This document shows positions 13,801 to 28,943 of a DNA stretch of 64,000 nt, piece by piece. Origin of the DNA: Monocercomonoides exilis PA203 (taxonomy: Eukaryota; Protista; Preaxostyla); NCBI GenBank assembly GCA_001643675.2, contig LSRY02000004.1, forward strand, positions 682,001 through 746,000, written 5' to 3'. The position numbers and the translations under genes were made by a program. Position 1 is the stretch's first letter; each line of letters opens with the position of its first letter. The notes beneath the pieces were generated by a model, which ran no database searches, was not told the DNA's origin, and saw only the letters and a list, made by a program, of their open reading frames with translations.

Positions 13801-14448
13801 AAAATTGAAGATTTTGAGAATAGAAGAAGTTTTTCAACATCCATTATTGCAAAAAATCTGAATAAGTGAAATGAAATTGCGATAAAGAATACTTTCTATT
13901 TGATTGGATCTAATTTTTATCAAAAATAGTTGTTTTTTTAAATAGACTTTATAGTTATGGTGTATTTGATCGATTATTTTTTCATTCAACTTTTAATAAA
14001 TAAAAATGAGGGAATAAAATAAAGAAAGAAAGAAAGAAAAATTAAATTATAAAACCTTCATTAGTTATCTGTGCGAATAGAAGCAAATTTTTCTGTATCC
14101 AACACAGGCTACAGACTTGTTAATTTTTTTCTTCCGATAATAACGTTTTTTTATTTGGAACCTCTTTATTTCTTCATTTTCTTTCTATTTCTTTTTTCTC
14201 TCATTCACTCACTACTTTCTCTCTCTTTTTTTCTCTCTCTCTCCCTCTCTTTCTCTCTCTTTATTATTTTTTTTGAATATTTGAATGATTTTTTTTGATA
14301 TGTGTGATTATTCTAAAAAATATAACATTTTTCGAAGTGTCTGAAATCTTGAAAATTCATTGTCATTGGATTAATAATTTTTATTAAAACGTAAAATGTT
14401 AATCAATCATATCAAAAGCCCAATTATGACTTAAAATAATTGGAGAGG

Positions 14449-14940
14449 CGTCAGAAAATAAATCCGTCACTTTTTTGGATTAATTAAAGATTATTCATAG
14501 CAAACATTCATCTCGAAATTTGTGTCAGAAAAAATTCAATTTCAAAATAATCACCCATATGGGACGATATTTTCTGCATTATGAATTTTGTTCCGTTCAG
14601 TGTTTTCGATAAATTTCTCATTTTTTTCTATTTTTCAAAACATTTTTGGATGAGAATGTTTGACTTGTTATGAAATGAAATTGGAAAAGGTTTGGAATAA
14701 ATCGTTGTTTTTTTATTAAAGCAAGAATTTTGTCCCATATGGCTGATCCTTTTTGAAATCACACTTTCTTTCGAGTTTTGATCAAAAATTTAATCTCAAT
14801 GGAATTTTGAAAAAAATGGGTTGAAATATGGAACACTTATTGTTTATGATATTGCTATTGCAAAAACTAATTTCAACAAAAATCCCATTGAGATTAGCCC
14901 TGGGTGACGTGAGAAAAAAAATCTGTCACGTCCGTCACCA
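14449..14940. repeat. Foldback/MITE-like segment with two inverted-repeat pairs, flanked by 22-bp direct repeats
   Basis: IRs 14541-14576/14722-14758 (core CCATATGGGAC/GTCCCATATGG) and ~14792-14815/14871-14896; direct repeats 14449-14470/14908-14929 (19/22); homologous to 40553-40750. Confidence 0.6.
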
Positions 14941-14961
14941 GTTTTCCACTTCATTTGGACG

Positions 14962-15015
<54 letters not shown>
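14962..15015 (+). repeat. Poly(A) tract, 54 nt
   Basis: Seen directly. Confidence 0.95.
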
Positions 15016-15017
<2 letters not shown>

Positions 15018-15684
15018 TAAGAAAAGAAAAGAAAAAACTCAAGATTTGTACACAAAAATAACGAAATAAAAAGATATTTTCCGAAACAGTTTATAATAAT
15101 TATTTGTAGGTTTTCAAAAAAATATTTTTCTGAAATGCTCCTGGATTCAGATAATTCAGGCACCAATAAAAATAAAAGTGGAATGAAAAAAAACTCACCA
15201 CACTAATGAATAACTGACTAGATGAAAGATGTGATAATACAAAGAAAAGTTTTCCGCAATAATTTCCGATGCTATTTTGCATTTAGGTAACCAACTATCA
15301 TTTTTTCATTTATCATAATTCAAAAAATTTCACTATTTTTTGTAAGGAAAAGTGTATATTTGCATTTATTATATCCGGTTTTAACTGTATTTTCAAATTT
15401 GAATTATTGCTGATAAAATCTCCAATTCAAAACAAAAAACAATTAAAACATCTCCAAATTTATGTCAAATAAATATATAAAAAATACATAATTCACCACT
15501 AAAAAACTATCTAGAAATTATAATTTGTTGCTAATTATTTTTGTGTTTTTCTTCACATTTACAATCTTTTCTTTTTTCATTTTTAGATTTTTTACATTTT
15601 TAAAAAAAGACGATTTAATACAAACATAATTGATGCCACGCTCATTTAATTTTTTTAGTAGCTCCTTTATTCATTTGGTTGCAA

Positions 15685-18600
15685 TCATCCCCCTTTTTTG
15701 AAAATCGATCTTTTTAATGTTCTCGATAAAAGAGGAAGTAAACCATTTTCATCATAACCGTTTCCTTTTGGAGCATCATCTTCATTTTTATCAAATCCTC
15801 CGCACTTTGTTATTTTCATGAATTCATCTTCGACAGAATCCGATTCCGAGAGATAATCATCCGAAAGGTCGAACATATCTTCTTCACCTCCATCCTCATC
15901 CACAATAACACAATTGCCAAATTCTTTTTCTACATCTTCATTTGAAGCAAATTCCTTATCTTCTTCCGATGTGAGTTCTTGCTGTTGCGGCACATTTTCA
16001 TTCAAATCATTTTCCTGAGCCAAAAATAAGTCTGAAGCCTGATCATTTCTCCCTGATTCTTCGCGATGTACGGGAAGCACATTTTTCATTTGTGTGCGTT
16101 TCAACGTTTTCATCAGCAAGTGACGCTCAACGCGGAATGTCTCACCAAGACTTATCGGCTTGCATTTCGAATGAAAACGTTTTGATTCCTTCAATGATTT
16201 CTCAAAATTTCCCTCAGTGCAACTTTCAACTGGTGAGTTCTGCTTTCTTTCTTGTTCCTTTGCTTGTAATTTCATACTGCTATGATCTTTATCCTCATCT
16301 TCTTCACCCAACACTTCGCATGAGCCTCCTGTTTCATCGGTTTCTTCGTCCAACTCCTCTTCAAAGAATGATAAATCTGTCAGCTCATCCGATTCAACAA
16401 AGTCAACATCAGATTCTTCTTCTTCTTTGTCTTTTATTTTGTCCAGTTCAATTATTTGGCTGAAACGCTGCGATACTTTGTTATTTCGTTGATCACTGCT
16501 TAACTGCGATGCTTGCTTCTGTAATGAAGGCGCTTGTGCATTCACAACAGCTTGTGAAGAAGAATCATTCTGCGAAAGAGAAATTGAACTTTGCCGATTT
16601 GATTGCTGAGGCAACAGTGAAATTGGGGCTTGCTGCCTCAGAGAAAGTTTTTTCACTGGCTTGTTGCCCGATTGGGATGAAAGAGACTTTGGATAAGAAG
16701 GAGTTGTAGAAGAAGAAGAAGAAGAAGAAGACAATGATAATGAAGAAGAATTGGATGAAACATCAGAACTTTTCACCATTTCTGTTCGAATTTGTTTTTT
16801 GACATCAACACTTGGTATTTGTTCAAATTTCTCAATCGAATTTAACTCAGCCATTGGCTTTTCATTGGAAACGGCAGATATTTCAGTTGAAGGAAGAGAA
16901 GAAGGAAACTGTGAAGTTGATTCATGTGCCTGTTCACTGTGTTCTGTAATGAGTTTTGATGCACCTGTTGGTGGTGGATGACGTGGCGGTGGAGGCGGGG
17001 GAAACAACTGAGAAAGAGAATGAGCAGGTAACAGCGAAGGTGGGAGAGGCATATTCTTGGGAGCTGAAGAAGTGCGAGTATGCAAAGGCTCAGATGATGC
17101 AGGCGGATGAAATGGAGGTGCGTTAGATGAAGGTGAAGAACGAACTACAAATGGAGCAGAAGCAGAGACAGATACCGCAGAGTTGGCTAACCCTGCTTTA
17201 AATGGAGGAGGAGAAGGAGGTGGAGGAGGTGCAGAAGAAGGAAGCGAAAAAGGAAGGGCTGGAGGAGAAGCAGCAGACGGTGACACAGGCGGGGTCAGCG
17301 GAGGGGGATGCGATGGAAGAGGAGGTTTTTGAATGGGCTGCTTGAGCCTTGAGTCCACAGAAAGAGAAGGCGCATTTGCCTTCACGTTCAGCAAAGGCCG
17401 CTGAGGAGGTGGATGTTTAGGAGGACTGGGACAGATCAACGATATGGTTGGCTTTGATGGAGCAGCAACTGAACGCTGCTGTGAAGAAGAATTTATTTGT
17501 CTTTGTGTTTGTACCTGCTGCTGTGGTTGCAGAAACAAAGCTTTGTTCTGGTTAGCCTTTTCTGGCTGCAGAAAGAACGCTTCAGAGGCTGACAGCCTGC
17601 CATCAACAACAGAGTTTATTTCCTCTGCAAACAGATCAAACGCTGTCAGATGGCAATGAAGTGAACTTGTTTTGGAGGAAGTAGTAGGCAAAGACTGCTC
17701 CTGAGACGAAGAAGATGATGAATCCGCTGCTATATTTGGAGAAGGCATTGATACAGATGGATATGCATCTCTATTTGCAGTTGACAGAACTCGCGACTTT
17801 TGCATCTCTTGCTGCGGCTCAGCCGTGTTTGCTGCATCAGCAGAGCAGGCAGATAGCGAAGGTTTCTGTGGTGCTGAAATTCTTCTCTTGATTGTTCCTG
17901 ATAAGACATTTAATTCCTTTGTCTTTGACTTTTTCTTTGTCTTTGCCTTTACCTGCTCCTGGAGATGGAACTCAGCAAACTCCAGAAACAGGCGAGTGGA
18001 GAGAAACTGCCTCACAAACGGCTGAGTGGAGCGTGGGAACGAGCAGACGTACTTTTCAACATCGATAAACTGCGCTGCCCCAAACGAAGAAGGCGAATGT
18101 GGCTGCAATTGCGGCAGTTGCTGTTCTTTGTTGCTGTCAGTCTGCAAAACAGCAGTTGGAAGAGAGCTCTGCTGGATGGGCGCGCAGAGCGTGGCATGAA
18201 AGCGGAAGAAGTAGTATGCAGAGGCTCTAATGCTTTGCAGCAACATGAGCCTTTCCTTCTCTTTCGGTGTGGCGAAGCCAGGGGAAAGTACTGAATTACT
18301 TGTTGAAGCTGAATTTTGAGCGGAATACGAGAAATTTGGTGATATTCTGTTGAGCATAAACAGCATCACTTTGAAAGATGCGATGTTGAGTGATGCCACT
18401 TCTGGAGGCGGAGAAGGCGCAAATGCGGTGGAAGGGAAGGAAAGGGAAGATAACTCCAAATATTCAATTTGTGCCGAAGTGAGTTTTCCCTTGCCTTCTT
18501 TATCAACCTTATTGTTCCCATTTTTTATGATTCTTTTGTCATTTGAAAGTTTGTTCTGAAAGATGGAAGACGATTGATAACTTGTTCTTCTCTCTGAGTT

Positions 18601-19688
18601 TGCACCTTGACGATACTTGGCTGCTTCTCTTGGACCTTGCACTCTTTTGAGCCTGTTCAATGCGCTGTCGATAGGAAACAATACTGTCCCGTCTTCAAGA
18701 TTAGCCACAGCTGTGGTGCCAGATAAACCTCCTTCGTGTCCTTTTAGGTTCTCTCGCAGAGTCCCCATAATAAATGGCATTGGTGCTTCAGTGCATTCAA
18801 TCAAAGAGTACGGGACAATCATGATTATTGCATGATGCCAGACAAATGGCACCAGAAGGCATTCCAATGCATGGCAAGCTTCTCCGATTTGTTGTAAGTT
18901 ATCTCCAACAATCAAAACAGAACGCTCCAAAAGAAGCCATAAATGTATGCTGGCGATATCTGCACAAGAAAATTTGGAAAAAAGAATCGAAGTATTAAGA
19001 TTCTCTAGAAATCCAAGTGGAGAAGAAGGTCGTGATATCAATATAAAATGAGAGCTATCTGGAATTTTTATTAAACAATTTGACCCTTGACGAGGGAATT
19101 TGAATGCAGTAAGCACATCCAGAAGTGGACGATAGACAACATTAAGTTGAGAGGCTGTTGGCAGTTCTTTTTGAATGATTAAATCGGAATTTAAGTACAA
19201 CGCTTGAAAGCTGCAAAGCATATTTTCCATGCTCTTGACCCAATAATTACTTGTCAGAATGCATATACACTCAGGAGGTTTGCTGTCATCCACTTGAAAA
19301 CGAAGGCAAAAGCCAAAACGTCTTTCATTCGATTGCGTTGTCAAGCAAAAAACAAAAGTGCCTCTATTTCAATAAAAATTTATGAATGAGATATTTAACT
19401 TTCAAAGATAACATCTACAAACTGTCGAATAGATAATGAATGAAAAAGGAAATTCTTTTCAGGAAAACAAAAATTTGCTATATTCTTCGGTGCTGGCCAA
19501 GGAGCACAATCAAATTCGAAAAGAATTTCCGGATGATACAATTTTGAATCAAGTGAATTTGGAAAAGATTCGGCTCGCTGCCTTTTATCACCTTCAATTA
19601 TTAAAATATCATTTTCCATTGCATTTTTTGTGGCATCATCCAATTTAAAACTGATATGTAGCAGCGCCTCAAGCAAAAGTTGTTTCAT
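15685..19688 (-). CDS. DENN-domain protein (Rab GEF) with Pro-rich and acidic C-terminal region; exons 19688-19423 and 19363-15685
   Basis: uDENN PEILFEF…IANFCFPE; splicing restores GTFVFCLTT…RRFGFCLRF; cDENN LLERSVLIV…LLVPFVW…APMPFIMG; dDENN PFVRQFLSTRLFLEF; 59-nt GT-AG intron in phase. Confidence 0.88.
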
Positions 19689-19950
19689 GCCACAATAAAT
19701 AGCAAATATATTTTAATTAAAAGCTACAATCCAGTATTTAAAAAAAAGGAAAATAAATTCAAAAATAAAAAAAATACACTTCAACTGCAAGAAATTGAGA
19801 ATAATGAAAATAAATCAAATAACGACCAAATTAAATAAAATTATATACAATAAAAAGCAAATGAACGAAAAATAAAAATTGTTATTTTGAAAAATTTATT
19901 ACGTTTAACTTAATTAGGAAGGTTGTAAAACATGTAAACTTGAATTTTAA

Positions 19951-21342
<1,392 letters not shown>

Positions 21343-22265
21343 ACTATTTTGTAAAGGAACAATTCTGTTAAATTTATTTTATTTGATGATTTGAAGAGCA
21401 TTATCCCCATAATGAAGTGAAAGCGTGAGGAATTTAAAGATATAGATGTTTTTGTCTTTTGTTTTGAATGATAAAGAACTCAACACTTTCAAAGCCAAAT
21501 GATTCAGAATGTTTTCTATTTTGTTTATATGGATGACTGCTGTTGAGATTTATTTGTCATTTTGATGAAAGATTCGTTTTTAATCTTTTCTCCTTTTGCT
21601 TTTAATGAAACATTAAGGGATGTGTATTTTCAATCATATCATTTTATTTGTTTTTTTGAAAAGAGAAATACGAATTTGTGTTTTTAAGAAGTTGTTTTTT
21701 TTTATTTCATTAATTTAAAAAGAAAGATAGTTTTATTTTCTTTGAAAGCTTTTGAAGTCGCAAACAATGAGTAAATTGAAAGAATGTTGAGGAGTCTATT
21801 TTTGAAACATATTTGAAAGAGGACAATGTTAGTTTCTTAGGATTGACTACTTATTAACTATTCAGAAATTCTAAATGAAAAGCTTGTAATGAAAAAGAAA
21901 TAAATGATGTTAAGATAAATGGATATTCAACTGAGTAAGTCCATTCTTGAAGAATGGAATTGCACTATAAATATTCGAGTCTAAAAGAATAAAAACAAAA
22001 TAAATATACAAGCAGATCTACAATTATGTAATGATACGAAAATTAAGAATTTGAATATTAAGTAGCAATTAGCAAAACAATTACTGCCATAAGTTAGACC
22101 AAAATCTCACAATGGTTAAAAAAATGTTTGAAAAGGAAAAAAAATATGAGCATGGTCAAATAAAAATTACAGAGCACTTTCAAAAACGTGTCATAATTTC
22201 CGTCTAAAGCATTAAAATGAGCAACGTTCTTAAATTACAGCCCATATATTATTCTTCTTTCAGAA

Positions 22266-22700
22266 TTAATTGCTTGCACTTTCCGCTTCTGGCTCCATTG
22301 CTTTCATTTGAATGGCCATTCCGTCACTGTTGGCCGAAGCTGCCTTCAGCCTCGAGCTAATGGAGCAATTCTTAATACCCAAAATAACAATAACCACAAT
22401 TGCAATCAAAAGAACAACTGCAAGCACGATCGTTGTTGCAAGAGCTGCAGGTGAAAACGCTTTGCTTTGGACTGGTTTGTCTGCAATTTCAGTTTCGTTG
22501 TTTGCAGGTTCGGGTTTTTTTTCATCGAGCCCGCATTTGGTCAGCCATTCCTCGTTGGTGTAGACAATGCTGTTCAAAAAGAATTTGTTTTAATTTTATG
22601 ATAGAAATCAAATAAAGATGTTACAGGAAAATTTTATAAAAAATAATTATTGAATAAAAACACATGATTAATTGATAAATAAAAGAAACTACAACTCTTT

Positions 22701-22747
<47 letters not shown>

Positions 22748-24226
22748 TTCTCAAAACATACTCTTTTAATTGTTGAATTGTGCACATATCTTGCTCGTTA
22801 CACATAACAGGCGAAAGATTGCAAGTTTTGCAAGCTTCTCCAACAGGTTCCAACTTTCCATTTTCAAATTTTCTATAACCAACTTTGACTTTAATGTCCG
22901 CTTCTTCGTATGGCCCTTCTGTTTTGGCGCCATTTGTATTGTACACCTCGAAATAAAAAAGTGATCCAAACGGAACACGTCCTGGCGATTCTTGTTTGAA
23001 AAGCTGAAGTGGGCCAAGAACATTTGCATTTGATCCAATGTACATGACAAACTCTTTTTCTTTATCTTTTGATGCAATTCTTGCTTTTATGTTTTTAATT
23101 ACCTAAAGCATTGAACAGTAATAGTAATGCAAATTTCATGTTGAAATGGATATTGTAAATTTGTTAAATAACACAAATATTGCAAACATCATTGATAAAA
23201 GGACTTGCCTGAAGTTTCGCAAGTTCTGTGTCTTTTGGATTGTTATTCATGATATTCTGTAAATTTGAGATTTGCACCAAATTTTCATTTAGCAAGATTT
23301 ATATTCATATTTTTAAAAGTATCTACAAACCCTTTTCGTTGCAAGTTCTATCAATTTATCATTCATATCATTATCGTCAAAGACGCAATTTTCAGATGTG
23401 CTTGTAAATCCGTTGTGAGTTGCAAGTATAATCTGCTCAGCTGCTTCTAAAAAAACACAACGTCAAATAATGAACAAAAAATTAATTAATTTTGCAAATA
23501 ATTCATTGAAAGCAAACTTGGAACTGTTCCAAATGTAATATCAAAACTAAACCCTCCTTTTTCTTTAACCTTTCCAAAAAATTCTTTATTTGCTTTTGCT
23601 ATTTCATTCCATTCATCTGTTTTTGTTACATATTGTCGCTCTGCTGAAATTGCTCTGTAACAATTTGTTATTTTTTAACTAAAAGTTTTCAGGAAAATAA
23701 AAATACACACTCCGCACAAGTCGAAGAAAACATCATAACGTGGTCCGAAGAAAGTGTTTCAGAGTGAATTGGAACAGACTTTTTTTAAAAAACATGATAA
23801 AGGATTTTCTGTTTAGAAATAACAACAGAAACAATAACAAACCGGATAAGGCTTCATTCCATCAACAAAACTACTATTAAACATCCCCTGAAATATGCTC
23901 TGTCCAGAGATCAATGTTTTTGGCTCTCCAGATGATATAAAATAATGCTTTTTTATTGAAAACTCACTTCCAATAAAATCTTTGTAAGACTCTCGTATGC
24001 TCTCGCCCAACTGATAATTTTCTTCATGCCCTTTTTGTGTAATCTCTCCAGGAGTTTCTTTAAATTTGGGACATGGGAGACTTGGGATAGGATTTATTGA
24101 GGAACGGACTCCATGGCGTGTTACACCTATAACCTGTATCAATTTAGGATCTGCATTAACTTTCATTTCTTTCTGCGATGATGCAAATAAACAAAATGCT
24201 AGTCCCAAGCAGCACAGCGAAAACAT
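22266..24226 (-). CDS. Multi-exon histidine acid phosphatase-like type I membrane protein (lysosomal acid phosphatase-like)
   Basis: Signal peptide MFSLCCLGLAFCLFASS; RHGVRS motif; GEITQKG…LGESIRESY; VPIHS; C-terminal TM LATTIVLAVVLLIAIVVIVILG. Internal exon boundaries only partly resolved. Confidence 0.8.
22702..22745 (+). repeat. Poly(A) tract, 44 nt, intronic (poly-T on the gene strand)
   Basis: Seen directly. Confidence 0.9.
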
Positions 24227-24885
24227 TTTCAAAAAGGTCAATTCACTGATCTTAAGCCATAAGTCTGTATAACTTAAATTTGGATTATATAAGGAACAAT
24301 GCAATTATCAAGAATAGCGTTTTGTAAATAAAGCAAAGAATTTCCCAAGATGTTAGATTTCACTCCAAAGAGTTATGCGATAAAGAAAAAACTGATTAAT
24401 TGTGAATTGCTTTGAGAAAAAAAGAAAAGAAATAGACTCAGTTAATATTTGTAATTCAAGATCGCAAGCTCTTTGATGAAGAAGGTTGCAAAAATGTTAT
24501 GCAGAGCTTAACATGACTAAATAATATCAGAGTATTATTCTCGTTTTCCTGTTGGACAATAAAGAAAAAGTCTCTTTTCCGTCAAACTGATTGCTCTAAA
24601 TGAACTACTTACATTCACACTTTTCGATTCCATTCAAATAACCCAATTTTTTTTAAAAAAAAAAGAAAAACCAGTTCTAATACCAAAATAAAACCAAAAG
24701 TTAAAAAAGATTTTTAAGTACCATTTTCACTTTTAGCTTTTCCTCTTCCTGCAATTGCCTTTGCTCTCTGCCCTTATTCCCTTCTCTCTTCCCCTCTCTC
24801 TTCTCTTCCTTCCCCCTTCCTTCCCCCTCCTCCTGCTCCCCTCTCAAAACACCTCCTGTTTTTCTGTCACTTCCACGAGGCACGC

Positions 24886-27800
24886 TTACCCCAACGGCGT
24901 GAACCCGACCATGTTCTTCCTGAAGTAAATCTTCCACAGCACCAGCAGCCCAATCGCCAGCACGAACGCCACGACAGCTATTGCAATCACACTCCCAATC
25001 GACCGCACAGGCACCTGCCCCGGCCGAGCCACCACAAACGGGAGGGACCGGGCAGTCACATTGCGCCACATCGAGTTCACCTCTATGTGGTAGGACTCGG
25101 AGTCGCCCACATACACTGCACTGACACCCGGGATGTGCTTGCCAAGCGTCTTCGATGAACGAGAAAGAGAGGAAATAAACGAGTACAAGGAAGAAGACGA
25201 GACAACTCCTGATGCATTTGCTGGTGACTGTGAAGGAGCCAAGCTCTTCTGGTTCTTCTTGTCTGCCTCTGACATCCCCAGCCCCTCCGGCACCGACCAC
25301 ACATACGACGACGCTGCCTCGTCTGCTCTGGCAATGCCAATAGGCGTGGTGTTTGAGCTCGAGTAGAGCATAATGTCCTTCTTCGCTTTCCTCCCCACAT
25401 AGTCCCACGCGATCGTCACATCGTCACCTTCCACAATAATCACGTTCTCTGCCAGCTTCGCCTCTTCCCCAACATACCAGTTCTTGTGGCGCGCCGCCTT
25501 GAACCTCAGCTCCAGCGAGGGCTGTTTGATTGTCTTCTCCGGAGAGCACACTTCAGTGTGTGTCACAATCTCCTCCACGCAGATGATGTAGTTGTCAGCT
25601 GTGCGTGACACAACTGCCTCCCACTCCAGCGACGTGTGTGGATCCTGGTTGGGAGATATGATCTGCACACGCTCACGCGAATCGTCTGCGTTCTTCGTGT
25701 ACAGCACCACCTGCATGTTTCCCGCACGGTCGTTGCACTTCCAGTCGATCAGCACAGACTCTCCTGCTTCGATCACCGTCTGCGGAGAAGGCGACACCAG
25801 CTGCAGCGCAATGTCATCTGAGCGGAACTTGAACACATCAGAGATCGCGAAACGCACCCCAGTCATTGTGGAGGAGATGACGATGACATAATCATTGGCT
25901 GAAGGGATACCTTCCATATCGTCCCACTCCACCTCGCTCTCTTCTGTCCAGAAGATGATCGTCTTCACAGGATGCTCCAAGTTCTGTAGATGATGCAGCG
26001 CAACTGACACGCCCCGGTCGAAATCGCCCCTCTCAAACTGGATCTTGTATTTCTCTGTCCCATAGCACGTATCGTCCTTCGTCGGGCTGATCACTTTCAT
26101 CTTCGGAGACTCCAGCAAATACTCCTCCGATTCATACATCACATAGGAATTCGGAGAACCCGGAGAATACACATAAAACCGGATCGTCACTGTGGCACCT
26201 TCACCTCCAGCAGGAATGGCAACGCGTGCGTAAGGGTAGTCGAGGTATATTCCCTTTTGCAGGAGCGTCTCCTTCACAGTCGTCGACCCTTTCTCCTTCA
26301 CCGCTGCATACACGTCAGCCAGCCCGTACACATCCTGGCTGAAAGACCACTTCGCCATGTACAGCTCAGCTGCGGTGAGCTTCATAGTCGTTGTCAGCTT
26401 GTCCAGCGTGAACACAGGCATCACACTCTTGCACAGCTCTGCCACGTTGCTGCCGTATGCCCAGCTGCCGCACGAGCCGAGCGTCGGCCCCAGCACATTC
26501 CCCGGAACACACCCGGCAAACGGCTCCGGAGTGGCGTACGTGTTCTGGCACCACCCGCAGCCCTTGTGGCGCAGGCAGACGCCGCAGTCTCGGCTCTCCT
26601 CGCACTCCGAAGGGCACTGTAGCTCGCTGTGCATCAGGTGCGTGCACGTTTCATAGACAGCCTTCCCTGTCTGCTGCGACATTGAGACACACGTGTGTTT
26701 CGTCGAGCACCAGCTGCACGTGGTGCTTGCGACGCAGGTCTTGCAGTCGGCGGAGGAGTAGCACGGATCAAGGTCAAAACGGTACATCTTGCCGCTGATC
26801 TCTTCCTTCGCTGGGTCAGAGCAGTCGCGGCCGCCGATCACCAGCAGCGCTGTTGAGTCCTGCAGGCAGCAGCAGGCAAAGTCCATGAGAGGCGGGGGGT
26901 TCAGCCCCGTTGGCGCAGATAGGCGATAGTAAGTGAAGTCAACTGCATTGAGAGGATAAATTGCAAAAAAAAAAAATGATGAATTGACAGGAATGAATGT
27001 TGTAAAGTTAAAATAAAAAGAAAGAAAGAAAGAAAAGTTCATTAATTTTCATGGTAGTAGAAAGAGTAATAATAATGAAAATATTATTATCATAAAAAAA
27101 AAAGAAAAGAAAAGATGAACGATTGAACGAATGATGTTAAACGCAGTTAACAACAAACAGAAAAAGAAAAAAATAATGCCACAAACTCAAGTTATATTTC
27201 TCAATGAATGAAGAAGCAGAATTTCCTCCAAACAAGAAAAGCGAAGATCCGTAAATGCCTGCGAGGTGCTGACGACGTGAAAGAAGACCATCGGGCTGAG
27301 AATACATTGGCTCGAATGTCCCTGAAAACGAGCTTCCTTCTTTTTCTATCAACAGTCATATTGTTTCAGTAAAATGGGAAAGTTAAGTTTATATGATGAA
27401 AATATTAGAAAAACGTTTTCAATTTCAAAATGAATATAAAATCTTGATAATTATAAAAATGGACTTATAAACCTAAATACAGCTTATACAATGAGGTTGG
27501 ATTTCCGCTCTCTGTCGCATATCCTCCGGATAAGATGAAAATGTATTTTGAATCAATTTTTTGCCTTTAATCATTTTCAAAATGTTAAAATGAAAATTTA
27601 TGGAAAAATAAATATTACAAAAATACCAGTATGTAAGCTCACATGACAAAGGTGGAGGATATGACTTTCCTTTCGCAGTTACATGTGCTTCTTTGAAACT
27701 ATAGCCGTTACCTTCACGAAACATCAATCAATTCAAATAAAAAATTTAAACATATAACGCTATTCAACTGAAATAAATACTTTTTGTTGCGACATATAGA

Positions 27801-28297
27801 TTATATGAATCTCGCTCTTCGTTCGATCCTTCTGATTTCGTTTTTCCTCCCCAAATAACAACAATATCTCCATCAGTTGTTGAGGCGCAAGTGTGTTGAG
27901 AAAGTGAAGTCGGTAATTTTGGTTTTTCGATAAACGTTTGATCCATGTAATCAAAAAACCAGACGTCATCCAAAAATTTGTCTTTATAAGTTCCTCCAAC
28001 AAGAAGTGCTCCTTCAACACAATTCACAAATGAATGATCAAATCTTTGTTCCATCTCATTTTCAAGTTTCTTGTTTCCAATAACTTCTCCTTTTTCGTTT
28101 ATGATATAGCATTTATCATTGTAGGTATCTCCATTCTTACCACCGATAATGTAAATGCGTCCATTTTCGATGACTGCAGTATGACCATGGAACGCTGGTA
28201 CGTCTATTTTATATTCGGTCCATGTTCCAATTTCCGCTCTTAAATTCAAAACCGTTATCAAACACACGAACAACATGACCCTTGCTCTTCTGATCAT
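24886..28297 (-). CDS. Multi-exon type I membrane protein: signal peptide, Kelch propeller, two PSI domains, several Ig-like beta-sandwich repeats, TM, short tail
   Basis: Kelch motifs FHGHTAV…IYIIGG, RFDHS…LLVGG…DDVW, SQHTC…VIWGG, RRQHLA…LFLFGG, LLVIGG; PSI CKTCVASTTCSWC and CGVCLRHKGCGWC; TM VIAIAVVAFVLAIGLLVLW. Start codon and middle exons approximate. Confidence 0.8.
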
Positions 28298-28391
28298 CAA
28301 ATTACAAAAGTCAAATAAAGTGGTATGTATGATCATACCATAGATATTTTTTATACGAAATAATATCCTTAACTGACTAAAGATCGAAACA

Positions 28392-28943
28392 ATGGCAAGA
28401 AAAGTTTGGATTTTTTTCTTTATTTATCAAGTTTTCACGAAGATAAAAAAACGCTTGTTATTCAATTAGTTGAAAATTGTCAAGAAGAAGAGAAACCATT
28501 TCCCTCGGTTTGAATCTGACAAGCTGAAAACAGTAAAGGTATTTTACTTAAATTACTCCTTCTTAACATTCAATATAATATCAAATTATCATATATCATT
28601 TTTTTAATTATGAAATTATTTTTCTTTTTAGCCAAGCTGGAGAAAACCACGCGGTATCGATAACTCTTGCCGAAGAAAGTATCGTGGCTCACTTCTCATG
28701 CCAAAGATTGGTTACGGAAGTGCTAGAAAAACAAGATATAGACTTCCAGATGGACATTACAAGTTTGTTGTTAACAATGCACACGAACTTGAAATGATTA
28801 TGATGCACTCAAAGAAATATGCAGCTGAAATTGCTCATGGATGCTCTGTTCGTACACGCAAACTCATTCGTCAACGTGCAGCAGAGTTAGGAATTCATCT
28901 CACCAATGGAACCGCACGCCTTCGTAAACAAGAGGCTCATTAA
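28392..28943 (+). CDS. RPL32: 60S ribosomal protein L32 (eL32); exons 28392-28403, 28470-28538, 28632-28943 (130 aa)
   Basis: Spliced MARK|LKIVKKKRNHFPRFESDKLKTVK|PSWRKPRGIDNSCRRKYRG…MPKIGYGS…AEIAHGCS; two GT-AG phase-0 introns. Confidence 0.97.

Noticed and set aside
24701-25408. 235-aa alternate-frame ORF, and the many antisense ORFs such as 47285..48427
   Set aside because: Shadows of GC-rich or low-complexity coding sequence with no domain signal.
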